Source: Fidelibacterota bacterium (GTDB lineage: Bacteria; Fidelibacterota; Marinisomatia; Marinisomatales; Marinisomataceae). Taken from it: 64,000 bases of DNA. Location of the stretch: positions 161,880 through 225,879 of the forward strand of contig OZ243041.1 in assembly GCA_965212055.1 (NCBI GenBank), in the 5' to 3' direction. Under the pieces are notes generated by a model. The model was not told where the DNA came from and did not search any database. It saw only the letters and a program-made list of their open reading frames with translations. Made by a program: the position numbers and the translations under genes. This document shows, in pieces, positions 48,548 through 57,409 of the stretch (its first letter is position 1; every line of letters starts with the position of its first letter).

Positions 48548-50382
48548 ACCAAAAATCTCATATTCGTTTGCTTAAAATTATTTCAGTTTATTGGCCACTT
48601 CTAGTCTTATCTATTATTGCTGCCATCTTTTTTGTTGTATTCAATAGTGCATCTATCTGGATTACTGCTACTATGATAAACAATGTTTTGATTGATTTTG
48701 AAGTTATGGTTGGACAAAACGATGAGTTAGCGAAGAATCTGGGAAATTTATCTGCTAATGATCAATTGAAACTTTTTTCTAATCAATTACTTCTAAAAGA
48801 TTCTGCAATTGAAACTATGTCTGCAGTTTGTATTGCACTTGTTGTTGTATTTGGGATAAAAAATATTGCTCTTTATATAAAAAATATTACTATTTCTGTG
48901 GTGCAATTTCGATTAATTACTGATTTAAGAAACAAACTCTACGATCATTTACATTATCTTTCATTATCCTACTTTAATAAAAATAAATCAGGTGAATTAA
49001 CTGCAATTCTTGTCAGTGATGTGGACAATATGAGAAGTGCTCTTTCCACTAGTTTTCAAAAATTATTTGTCGAACCAATTAATATTATAGCTTTTTTAAC
49101 ATTGCTTTTTATTATTAGTCCAAAATTAACAGCGATTGCAGTTTTAGTGGTTCCGATAAGTGGTGCAATTATTTTTGGTATTGCTCGAAGTATCAGAAGA
49201 AGAGCAGCACGATCACAAGCAAAGCTTGCAGGAATCACTTCGATTATTGCAGAAACTTTAAGCTCGATAAGAATTGTGAAAGCATTTGTTATGAAGAATT
49301 ATGAATTAAGACGATTCTATGCTCAAACTAAAAAGTATTATGAATTAATGCTAAAAAAAGATCGTTTACGTTTATTATCTTCTCCAATTACTGAGACTGT
49401 TGGTGCATCACTTGCTGCGTTACTTCTTTTTATTGGAGCACAAGATGTTTTGGTTACAAAATCGATTAGTTCTGAAGATTTTATAAGGTTTATTTTATTG
49501 TTATTTAGTGTATTAGGTCCAATAAAAAGCTTAGGAAATGTTTTTAATGAGTTACAAAATGGATTAGCGTCTGCCGATAGAGTATTTTCCATTCTTGATA
49601 TTAAATCTGACATTAATGATATAGATAATGCAGTTGAACTAAGTCAATTTGAAAATCATATTGCTTTCAAAAATGTAAGCTTCCATTATGATGAATCATC
49701 TCAAGAAGTTTTAAAGAATGTTGATTTTTCTATTAAATCAGGACAAATACTAGCGTTAGTAGGTCCTAGTGGAGCTGGAAAATCAACCTTAGTGGATTTA
49801 ATTCCAAGATTCTATGATGTTACCAGTGGAGCAATCAACATTGATGGTAAAAATATAAAAGATGTTAAGCTAGACTCGTTAAGATCATTGATGGGTATTG
49901 TAACCCAAGAAACATTTTTATTTGATGATTCAGTAAAAGCAAATATTGCTTATGGTTTAGATTCTGTATCAGATGATGTAATTAAAAAAGCTGCAATCGC
50001 GGCTAATGCGGATGAATTTATTGAAGAATTACCTGAAGGATACGATACAACTATTGGAGAAAGAGGTGTCAAGTTATCTGGAGGTCAACGCCAAAGAATT
50101 GCAATTGCGCGTGCCATTGTAAAAAATCCACCAATCTTGATTCTGGATGAAGCAACATCATCATTAGATACAGAATCAGAGAAAATTGTTCAAGATGCAA
50201 TTGAGACATTAATGCATAATCGTACGGTTGTTGTTATAGCACACAGATTATCAACAGTGCATAACGCAGATAAGATTATTGTTCTTGATAAGGGGTTAAT
50301 TGTGGATACTGGTACCCATCAGGAATTAATTAATAAAGATGGGATATATAAACAATTACACAATATGCAGTTTAAAACTTAA
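48544..50382 (+). CDS. ABC transporter permease/ATPase, MsbA-like lipid exporter
   Basis: Six-TM domain plus NBD with GPSGAGKST, LSGGQRQRIAIARA and LILDEATSSLD. Confidence 0.85.
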   Translation: MNQKSHIRLLKIISVYWPLLVLSIIAAIFFVVFNSASIWITATMINNVLIDFEVMVGQNDELAKNLGNLSANDQLKLFSNQLLLKDSAIETMSAVCIALVVVFGIKNIALYIKNITISVVQFRLITDLRNKLYDHLHYLSLSYFNKNKSGELTAILVSDVDNMRSALSTSFQKLFVEPINIIAFLTLLFIISPKLTAIAVLVVPISGAIIFGIARSIRRRAARSQAKLAGITSIIAETLSSIRIVKAFVMKNYELRRFYAQTKKYYELMLKKDRLRLLSSPITETVGASLAALLLFIGAQDVLVTKSISSEDFIRFILLLFSVLGPIKSLGNVFNELQNGLASADRVFSILDIKSDINDIDNAVELSQFENHIAFKNVSFHYDESSQEVLKNVDFSIKSGQILALVGPSGAGKSTLVDLIPRFYDVTSGAINIDGKNIKDVKLDSLRSLMGIVTQETFLFDDSVKANIAYGLDSVSDDVIKKAAIAANADEFIEELPEGYDTTIGERGVKLSGGQRQRIAIARAIVKNPPILILDEATSSLDTESEKIVQDAIETLMHNRTVVVIAHRLSTVHNADKIIVLDKGLIVDTGTHQELINKDGIYKQLHNMQFKT

Positions 50383-50390
50383 ATTTCATT

Positions 50391-51656
50391 ATGGGGAAAC
50401 TGTATAATATATTAGCAAAAAAAATACCTGATTGGAGATACAATTATAAAAAATTGCTTGATCAAAAAGGTAATATTGTTATCGGAGATGTCACAATTGA
50501 GAAAGCTCTTTCAGGCATGCGTGGCGTCAAAGGATTAGCATGTGATACTTCATATGTGACTGCAGATGAAGGATTACACATCAGAGGTACTCACATCTTA
50601 GATCTTGTTCATATTTTACCAGAGGAAGTACTACATTTATTACTGACTGGTGATATTCCTAATAAAGCTATGTTAGCTGATTTGCAATCTGATCTTAAAA
50701 ACAGAAATGAAGTTCCATCATATATTTGGGATATTTTAAACAATATGCCAAAAGATTCACATCCAATGGCAATGTTTAATACAGCTATCTTATCAATGCA
50801 AAAAGAAAGCCAATTTTATAAGGCATATGATGCAGGTGTATCTAAAACAAAATATTGGCACACTACATTAGAAGATAGTCTCAATATTATTGCCAAACTT
50901 CCTGCAATTGCTGCATACATATATAGATTGCGTTTTGATAAAGGAAAACGTATTGAGTCTAATAAAGATTTGGATTGGTCAGCAGATTTCGTACATATGA
51001 TGGGATTTGATTCTGATAGCGAGATGACTAAATTAATGAGGCTGTATTTAATGTTGCATTGTGATCATGAGGCTGGAAATGTGAGTGCATTTAGTGCCAT
51101 GACCGTTAATTCAGCATTATCTGATCCCTATTATGCACTCTCAGCTGGTTTAAATGGTTTGGCTGGTCCACTACATGGTTTGGCAAACCAAAACTGTCTA
51201 AGATTTGTTCTATCAATTAAAGATCATTTTAAAGGTTCTCCATCTGAAGCAGATTTAAAGCAATTTATTTGGGACAGACTAAATTCAGGTAGAGTAATTC
51301 CAGGTTATGGTCACGCCGTATTACGTTGTCCAGATCCTCGATTTACTGCTTTTATGAATTTTGGTAAAGAACATGTTACTGATGATGAAATATTTGATAT
51401 TGTAAATAAATTATTCAAGATAGTTCCACCGGTTCTTAAAGAACATGGTAAGGCAAAAAACCCATGGCCAAATGTTGATGCCGCTTCAGGTGCCCTTTTA
51501 CATCATTATGGTCTCAAAGAATTTGAATTCTATACAGTATTATTTAGCATCTCTCGTTCATTGGGTATTACATCCCAAATGGTTCTCAATAGAGCTTTAG
51601 GAATGCCATTAATAAGACCAAAGTCACTACCTTTTGATGTATTAAATAGTTATTAA
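50391..51656 (+). CDS. gltA: citrate synthase (eukaryotic-like type)
   Basis: HCDHEAGNVSA...LSDPYYA...NGLAGPLHGLANQ...PGYGHAVLR motifs closely resemble the mitochondrial-type enzyme. Confidence 0.9.
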   Translation: MGKLYNILAKKIPDWRYNYKKLLDQKGNIVIGDVTIEKALSGMRGVKGLACDTSYVTADEGLHIRGTHILDLVHILPEEVLHLLLTGDIPNKAMLADLQSDLKNRNEVPSYIWDILNNMPKDSHPMAMFNTAILSMQKESQFYKAYDAGVSKTKYWHTTLEDSLNIIAKLPAIAAYIYRLRFDKGKRIESNKDLDWSADFVHMMGFDSDSEMTKLMRLYLMLHCDHEAGNVSAFSAMTVNSALSDPYYALSAGLNGLAGPLHGLANQNCLRFVLSIKDHFKGSPSEADLKQFIWDRLNSGRVIPGYGHAVLRCPDPRFTAFMNFGKEHVTDDEIFDIVNKLFKIVPPVLKEHGKAKNPWPNVDAASGALLHHYGLKEFEFYTVLFSISRSLGITSQMVLNRALGMPLIRPKSLPFDVLNSY

Positions 51657-52292
51657 ATGCTTAAAAAAGATAAAGTTGATTTTATCATACAGAAACTTGA
51701 TGAAATCTATCCTGATGTTTCTCCTCCTTTAAAACACAACGATACTTATACGTTACTTATTGCTGTACTATTGTCAGCAAATACAACTGATAAATCTGTT
51801 AATCGTGTGACCCCAAGATTATTTAAAAAAGCAAACACACCTAAGAAAATGTCACAATTAGATTATGAAACCATATACAACATTATTAAGCCATGTGGGT
51901 TAGGGCCTGCAAAAGCAAAAGCAATCTTAGAATTATCTAAAATTTTAGTTAAAAAATATAACAGTAAAATTCCTGCAAGTTTTGAGGATCTCGAATCTTT
52001 TCCTGGGGTAGGACATAAGACGGCGTCCGTCGTAATGTCACAAGCATTTGGTATTCCTGCATTTCCAGTGGATACCCATGTTCACCGATTAATGTATCGA
52101 TGGGGATTATCTTCTGGTAGAAATGTCCAAGATACAGAGAAACAAGCAAAAAGGTTATTTCCAAAGAACAAATGGAATAAATTACATTTACAAATTGTTT
52201 TTTACGGAAGAGAGTATTGCCCAGCTAAGAATTTTAATGTTAATAATTGTCCAATTACTTCAGTAGTTGGAAGAAGATCTTTATTTAAATAA
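51657..52292 (+). CDS. nth: endonuclease III
   Basis: HhH-GPD region LPGVGHKTA...VDTHV.R. C-terminal C-x6-C-x2-C-x5-C Fe-S cluster loop. Confidence 0.9.
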   Translation: MLKKDKVDFIIQKLDEIYPDVSPPLKHNDTYTLLIAVLLSANTTDKSVNRVTPRLFKKANTPKKMSQLDYETIYNIIKPCGLGPAKAKAILELSKILVKKYNSKIPASFEDLESFPGVGHKTASVVMSQAFGIPAFPVDTHVHRLMYRWGLSSGRNVQDTEKQAKRLFPKNKWNKLHLQIVFYGREYCPAKNFNVNNCPITSVVGRRSLFK

Positions 52293-52305
52293 ATTAATAA
52301 CCGCT

Positions 52306-52725
52306 ATGACTAGTAATAATACATATCTAACAAAAGTTTTTCATTTTTGTGCAGCCCATAAATATGGAAATTCCGAATGGTCTGATGAAAAAAATATAGA
52401 AGTTTTTGGAAAAGATTTTCGGGTACACGGGCATAATTATACATTACATGTGACAGTAAAAGGAGAATTAAATCCTGATACAGGATTTATTGTTGAATTA
52501 GAAGATTTAAAAAGGATAGTAAAAGAACATGTAATTTCAAAATTAGACCATTCTCAATTTGAAAAAGATATATCTTGGTTTAAAGGAAAGCAACCTTCTA
52601 CAGAAAACCTAGTTGTTTTTATATGGGAATCTATTGCACCGCATCTGGAAGACTGTGCATTGCATCGTATACGCCTAGTAGAGACTCCAACAATTTATAC
52701 TGACTATTATGGACCATCGTCATGA
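52306..52725 (+). CDS. queD: 6-carboxy-5,6,7,8-tetrahydropterin synthase
   Basis: F.F.AAH......C...HGHNY.L.V motif. Start at the ATG at 52306, after the nth stop. Confidence 0.85.
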   Translation: MTSNNTYLTKVFHFCAAHKYGNSEWSDEKNIEVFGKDFRVHGHNYTLHVTVKGELNPDTGFIVELEDLKRIVKEHVISKLDHSQFEKDISWFKGKQPSTENLVVFIWESIAPHLEDCALHRIRLVETPTIYTDYYGPSS

Positions 52726-53414
52726 CTATTTTTCAAGAAAGATTCTATATGATACTGACAGCAATTTTTATTGCTTCTTTGGTAACTTGTAATCTTATTT
52801 TTCTGAAATTTTTTACATGGCCTGCATTAGGAATTCCAAATTTTGCTCTGTCTGTTGGTATTATTGCTTATCCAGTTACTTTTATTGTCACAGATTTAAT
52901 ATCAGAGCTCTATGGGAAGCGAAGAGCAAATCAAGTTGTTCTGGCTGGATTTTTTGCTAGTATTTTTACTGTGGTATTGGTTTATGTGGCTATGGTAGTT
53001 CCAATTGCCCCTCCATCACCACTATTGCCAGAGGGATCACCTGTGGATCAGGCTACATTTGAACAAGTATTTGGTTTATCAGGTGCTGCATTTTTTGGAT
53101 CTATGGTTGCTTATTTAACTGCTCAGTTTATTGATATAAGAATTTTTCATTTTTGGAAAAGATTAACAGAGGGTAAATATTTATGGTTGCGTAATAATGC
53201 ATCAACGATGTGTTCTCAGCTTGTTGATACATCAGTAGTTTTATTCATTCTTTGTTCTGCTGGAGTAATTCCTTGGGGAAATTTTTATGCATTGTTATGG
53301 ATGGGCTGGATGTTCAAAGTGTTGGTAGCGCTTATTGATACTCCAATTATTTATTTTTGTATTTGGTTATTAAGAGATAAAATACAGCCAGTGAATCATT
53401 TAGAGGAAAATTGA
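52722..53414 (+). CDS. yhhQ: queuosine precursor transporter (YhhQ/DUF165 family)
   Basis: Multi-TM protein with YP.TF..TD...E.YG and R...ST...Q..D patterns. Confidence 0.75.
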   Translation: MTIFQERFYMILTAIFIASLVTCNLIFLKFFTWPALGIPNFALSVGIIAYPVTFIVTDLISELYGKRRANQVVLAGFFASIFTVVLVYVAMVVPIAPPSPLLPEGSPVDQATFEQVFGLSGAAFFGSMVAYLTAQFIDIRIFHFWKRLTEGKYLWLRNNASTMCSQLVDTSVVLFILCSAGVIPWGNFYALLWMGWMFKVLVALIDTPIIYFCIWLLRDKIQPVNHLEEN

Positions 53415-53989
53415 TGTCAGATAAAGAGAAAAAAAGATTAGAAGAAATTACCAAAGAATTACTAGGGCTAATCGGAGAAGATTCTACACGCCAAGGGTTA
53501 ATTAAAACTCCAAAAAGAGTAGCAGAATCTTGGAAGTTTTTGTCTCAAGGATATCATCAAAATCTAGATGAGATTATTAACGAAGCAATCTTTGATGAGT
53601 CTGCGAAGGATATGATTATTGTAAAAGATATCGAATTTTATAGCCTATGTGAACATCATTTGATACCATTTTATGGTAAAGCACATGTTGGCTATATTCC
53701 TAATGGAAAAATTATCGGGTTATCAAAGATTCCAAGGATTATTGATTTTTATGCACGTAGATTACAAGTCCAAGAAAGGCTAACCAATCAAATTGCAACT
53801 TGTATTCAAGATTTGTTAAATCCAAAAGGTGTTGCAGTAATTATGGAAGGAAGGCATTTTTGTATGTTAATGCGTGGAGTGCAAAAACAAAATAGTATTG
53901 CATCAACTAGCTCAATGTTAGGTGCATTTAAAGATCAATCAACCACAAGAAATGAATTTTTAAAACTTGTTGAAGTAAATAAGATATAA
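53411..53989 (+). CDS. folE: GTP cyclohydrolase I
   Basis: FYS.CEHHL.PF.GK.H..YIP and QVQERLT motifs. Confidence 0.95.
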   Translation: MMSDKEKKRLEEITKELLGLIGEDSTRQGLIKTPKRVAESWKFLSQGYHQNLDEIINEAIFDESAKDMIIVKDIEFYSLCEHHLIPFYGKAHVGYIPNGKIIGLSKIPRIIDFYARRLQVQERLTNQIATCIQDLLNPKGVAVIMEGRHFCMLMRGVQKQNSIASTSSMLGAFKDQSTTRNEFLKLVEVNKI

Positions 53990-53993
53990 TATC

Positions 53994-55292
53994 ATGAATA
54001 ATTATGATTTAGCTATTTTAGGAGGAGGCCCTGGCGGTTACAGCGCTGCATTTCGTGCTGCAGAGCTTGGAAAAAAGGTAGCCATCATTGATGATAATAA
54101 TTTGGGAGGAGTTTGTCTTAACTGGGGATGTATTCCAACAAAATCTTTGTTAAAAAATGCAGAAGTTATGGATCTTATCAATTCCTCTTCTGACTATGGA
54201 ATTTCTGTAAAAGATATTCAAGTGAATTTTGATTTTATTGTACAAAGAAGTATTAAAGCGAGGGAAAGACTATCAAAAGGTATTCATTATTTGGCGAAGA
54301 AAAATCAAGTAGATTTTTATTCTGGTTTTGGAAAATTTGTCGATAATAAAACAGTTGATATAAATGGTGCTCAAATAAGTGCTCAAAATTTTATTATTGC
54401 CACTGGATCTAAACCAAAATCATTATCAAATATTAATTCTAATTCAGACAAGATTGTATATTCGAAAGATATTTTTTCAATGGATACATTACCTGCATCT
54501 CTTACCATTATTGGTGCAGGGGCAATTGGTGCAGAATTTGCTTATTTCTTTAGCAGTTTTGGTACGGAAGTTACTTTAATTGAAGCAGAAGATAGAATTT
54601 TACCAAATGAAGATAAAGAGATATCAATATGGCTTGAAAAAGCTTTTAAGAAAAGAAAAATTAATATTTTAACCAGTACTATCGCAGAAAATATTGATGA
54701 TGAAAAAATACTAATCTCTGTTGGTGTAGAAGGAAATTCTTCAGGTTTTGGTTTAAAGAATCTAGGTGTTGAAGTAACGGATAATGGTCATATCAAAGTT
54801 GATCAACATGGAAAGACTAACGTTGACAATATTTATGCAGTTGGAGACGTGATTGGTCCACCATGGCTTGCTCATGTTGCTACTGCTGAAGGACTCTATG
54901 TTGCTGAATTATTATGTGACTTAACTCCAACAAAAATTGATTATAATAGTATTCCAAATTGTACTTATTGTAAACCTGAAGTGGCTTCTATTGGAAGCAC
55001 CGAAGAATCTTTACTAGAACAGTCAGTGAATTTTAAAAAAGCTCATTCTTTCTTTAATGCAAATGGAAAAGCTGTTGCTGTTGGATCTACGGATGGTTTT
55101 ATTAAAATTTTGGTGGATGATTCAAATCATATATTAGGTGCTCATATTGTCGGATCTAATGCAACCGAAATGATTTCTGAAATTAGTGTAATTAAATCCA
55201 ATAATCTTACCATTGATAATGTATTATCATCTATCCATCCACATCCGACTTTTTCTGAAGCAATTTTTGAAACATTACTCCAATTGAAATAA
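53994..55292 (+). CDS. lpd: dihydrolipoyl dehydrogenase-like flavoprotein disulfide reductase (short, 432 aa)
   Basis: GGGPGGY, redox-active GGVCLNWGCIPTK, GAGAIGAEFA and HPHPTFSE dimerisation motif. Confidence 0.8.
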   Translation: MNNYDLAILGGGPGGYSAAFRAAELGKKVAIIDDNNLGGVCLNWGCIPTKSLLKNAEVMDLINSSSDYGISVKDIQVNFDFIVQRSIKARERLSKGIHYLAKKNQVDFYSGFGKFVDNKTVDINGAQISAQNFIIATGSKPKSLSNINSNSDKIVYSKDIFSMDTLPASLTIIGAGAIGAEFAYFFSSFGTEVTLIEAEDRILPNEDKEISIWLEKAFKKRKINILTSTIAENIDDEKILISVGVEGNSSGFGLKNLGVEVTDNGHIKVDQHGKTNVDNIYAVGDVIGPPWLAHVATAEGLYVAELLCDLTPTKIDYNSIPNCTYCKPEVASIGSTEESLLEQSVNFKKAHSFFNANGKAVAVGSTDGFIKILVDDSNHILGAHIVGSNATEMISEISVIKSNNLTIDNVLSSIHPHPTFSEAIFETLLQLK

Positions 55293-55901
55293 ATGGATTT
55301 TGTAGTTAAAGATTTAGGATTATGTGATTATAACAAAGCACTATTAAATCAAAACAATACCAAAACAGATTTAGTCAATAATTCAGGTAAAGATACCTTA
55401 TTTTTATTAGAACATAATCATACCTATACATTGGGTAAAAATGCAAATCCTAACAATGTTCTAAGTCAAAATTGTGAGCTTTTCCAAACTGATAGAGGAG
55501 GAGATGTAACATACCATGGTCCAGGACAGTTAGTTGGTTATCCTATCATTCACCTAAAGAAAATGGGGTTAGGCATTAAATCATATGTTTCTAAAATTGA
55601 AATATTATTAATTCGTATCTTAAATGATTATGATATTGTTGCTTCTACTAAAGAAGGGTTAACAGGAGTATGGGTTGATGATAGAAAAATTGCTAGTATT
55701 GGGATTCGTGTTTCTCAATGGGTGACAACACATGGATTCTCATTAAATGTCAATACTGATATGAGTTATTTTTCTAATATTATTTCATGTGGAATTGATA
55801 ACGTCGCAATGACATCTATGGAACAAGAATTAGCAGGAAAAATCTCGATGGATGATGTTAAAGAATCCACAATTGTCCATTTTAACCAATTATTTAAATA
55901 A
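55293..55901 (+). CDS. lipB: lipoyl(octanoyl) transferase
   Basis: LEH..TYT.G, RGG..TYHGPGQ and K..SIG motifs. Confidence 0.9.
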   Translation: MDFVVKDLGLCDYNKALLNQNNTKTDLVNNSGKDTLFLLEHNHTYTLGKNANPNNVLSQNCELFQTDRGGDVTYHGPGQLVGYPIIHLKKMGLGIKSYVSKIEILLIRILNDYDIVASTKEGLTGVWVDDRKIASIGIRVSQWVTTHGFSLNVNTDMSYFSNIISCGIDNVAMTSMEQELAGKISMDDVKESTIVHFNQLFK

Positions 55902-56767
55902 TGATTCAATCAAGATTACATAAACCAAAGATTAATATTATTACTGACAAAAATTATAAGATAGTCAGAAAAATAGTCCATGAAAGTTATCTAAATACTG
56001 TATGTGCCGAAGCAAGGTGCCCCAATATCTATGAATGTTGGAATAGAAAAACGGCCACCCTAATGATTCTTGGTGATACTTGTACTCGAGCTTGTGGATT
56101 TTGTTCTGTAAAAACTGGTAAACCTACATGGAACGATCCAATGGAACCATATCGAGTTGCCCATGCAGTAAAAAAAATGAATTTAAGACACGTAGTTATT
56201 ACTTCAGTAGATCGCGATGATCTTAAAAATGATTACGGGTCAAAGATATGGGCACAAACTATTGCAGAAATAAGAAAACTCAATCCAAAATGTACAATTG
56301 AAGTGCTTACACCAGATTTTAAAGGACATAAAGAATCGTTAAGAAGAGTTTTTGCAGCAGATCCAGATATTTTTAGTCATAATATTGAGTGTGTTGAAAG
56401 AATTAGCAAACAAGTACGAGCTCAAGCAGACTGGAATAGATCATTATCCGTTCTAAAAGAATCTATTCAGTATGGTTTGCGCACAAAAACTGGATTAATG
56501 GTCGGATTGGGTGAAACCAAACAAGAAGTAAAAGATACCATGAAACAAATTGTTGATTTAGGTGTTCAGATTTTTACAATTGGTCAGTATTTGCAACCCA
56601 CCAAGAAACATCTAACCGTGCAAGAATATGTTTCTAAAGAACAGTTTGCAGATTACAAAGAATTTGGAAAAAATATAGGGTTTCAGATTATTGAATCTGG
56701 CCCATTAGTGCGAAGTTCATATCGTGCAGATGAACAAGCAAGAGCGATTTTTAATAAAAATGAATAG
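55901..56767 (+). CDS. lipA: lipoyl synthase
   Basis: CEEA.CPN..EC-like motif and radical-SAM CTRACGFC. Confidence 0.95.
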   Translation: MIQSRLHKPKINIITDKNYKIVRKIVHESYLNTVCAEARCPNIYECWNRKTATLMILGDTCTRACGFCSVKTGKPTWNDPMEPYRVAHAVKKMNLRHVVITSVDRDDLKNDYGSKIWAQTIAEIRKLNPKCTIEVLTPDFKGHKESLRRVFAADPDIFSHNIECVERISKQVRAQADWNRSLSVLKESIQYGLRTKTGLMVGLGETKQEVKDTMKQIVDLGVQIFTIGQYLQPTKKHLTVQEYVSKEQFADYKEFGKNIGFQIIESGPLVRSSYRADEQARAIFNKNE

Positions 56768-57308
56768 AATACTAACTTATAGCATCATTCTTGGATTGTG
56801 TTTTTTCATCTCTTATCTATCAATCAATGGTACCAATGCTATTGCTCAGAGGGATAGTGTTAGAAATATTTCTTATAAACTCCCTGATACTTGGAATGCA
56901 GTAGAATCAGAAGAACAAATCAGGTTTCTTGAAATTACTCTAAATACAAACGAAGATTTTTCATTAGTCTTATTTGGTAATATTGGAGGGACTGCGGATC
57001 AAAATATTGAACGCTGGATTAACCAATTCAAAAAAGACGACTCTTTTAACCAAAAAAATATTATTGTTGAAAGAGATAGTTTAGATAATAAATATATTAC
57101 ATTATTGGAAATGTATGGTAATTATGAAGTCCCTAATATGGGAAATCCTTCCCAAGAAAAAACTCTTAAAAATAATTATGGTTTGCTTGGTGGAGTGATT
57201 GAATTTCCGAATAGCCTCTATTTCGTGAAAGCGGTTGGGTTAAATAGTGCAATAAGTAGTAATAAAGACAATTTTGAGAAATTTGTTTATTCAATTAGAC
57301 TAAATTAG
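56760..57308 (+). CDS. hypothetical secreted protein
   Basis: The start at 56760 (MNRILTY...) gives a signal peptide. No motif recognised. Confidence 0.4.
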   Translation: MNRILTYSIILGLCFFISYLSINGTNAIAQRDSVRNISYKLPDTWNAVESEEQIRFLEITLNTNEDFSLVLFGNIGGTADQNIERWINQFKKDDSFNQKNIIVERDSLDNKYITLLEMYGNYEVPNMGNPSQEKTLKNNYGLLGGVIEFPNSLYFVKAVGLNSAISSNKDNFEKFVYSIRLN

Positions 57309-57409
57309 CATACTTATCAGTCATTTTGGCATATTTTTTATAGATTAAAGCTTTTTTAGGTTAAATTTATAGTAAGGCACGGTTTTTGCAACAATAGAAT
57401 TAAAGAAAA

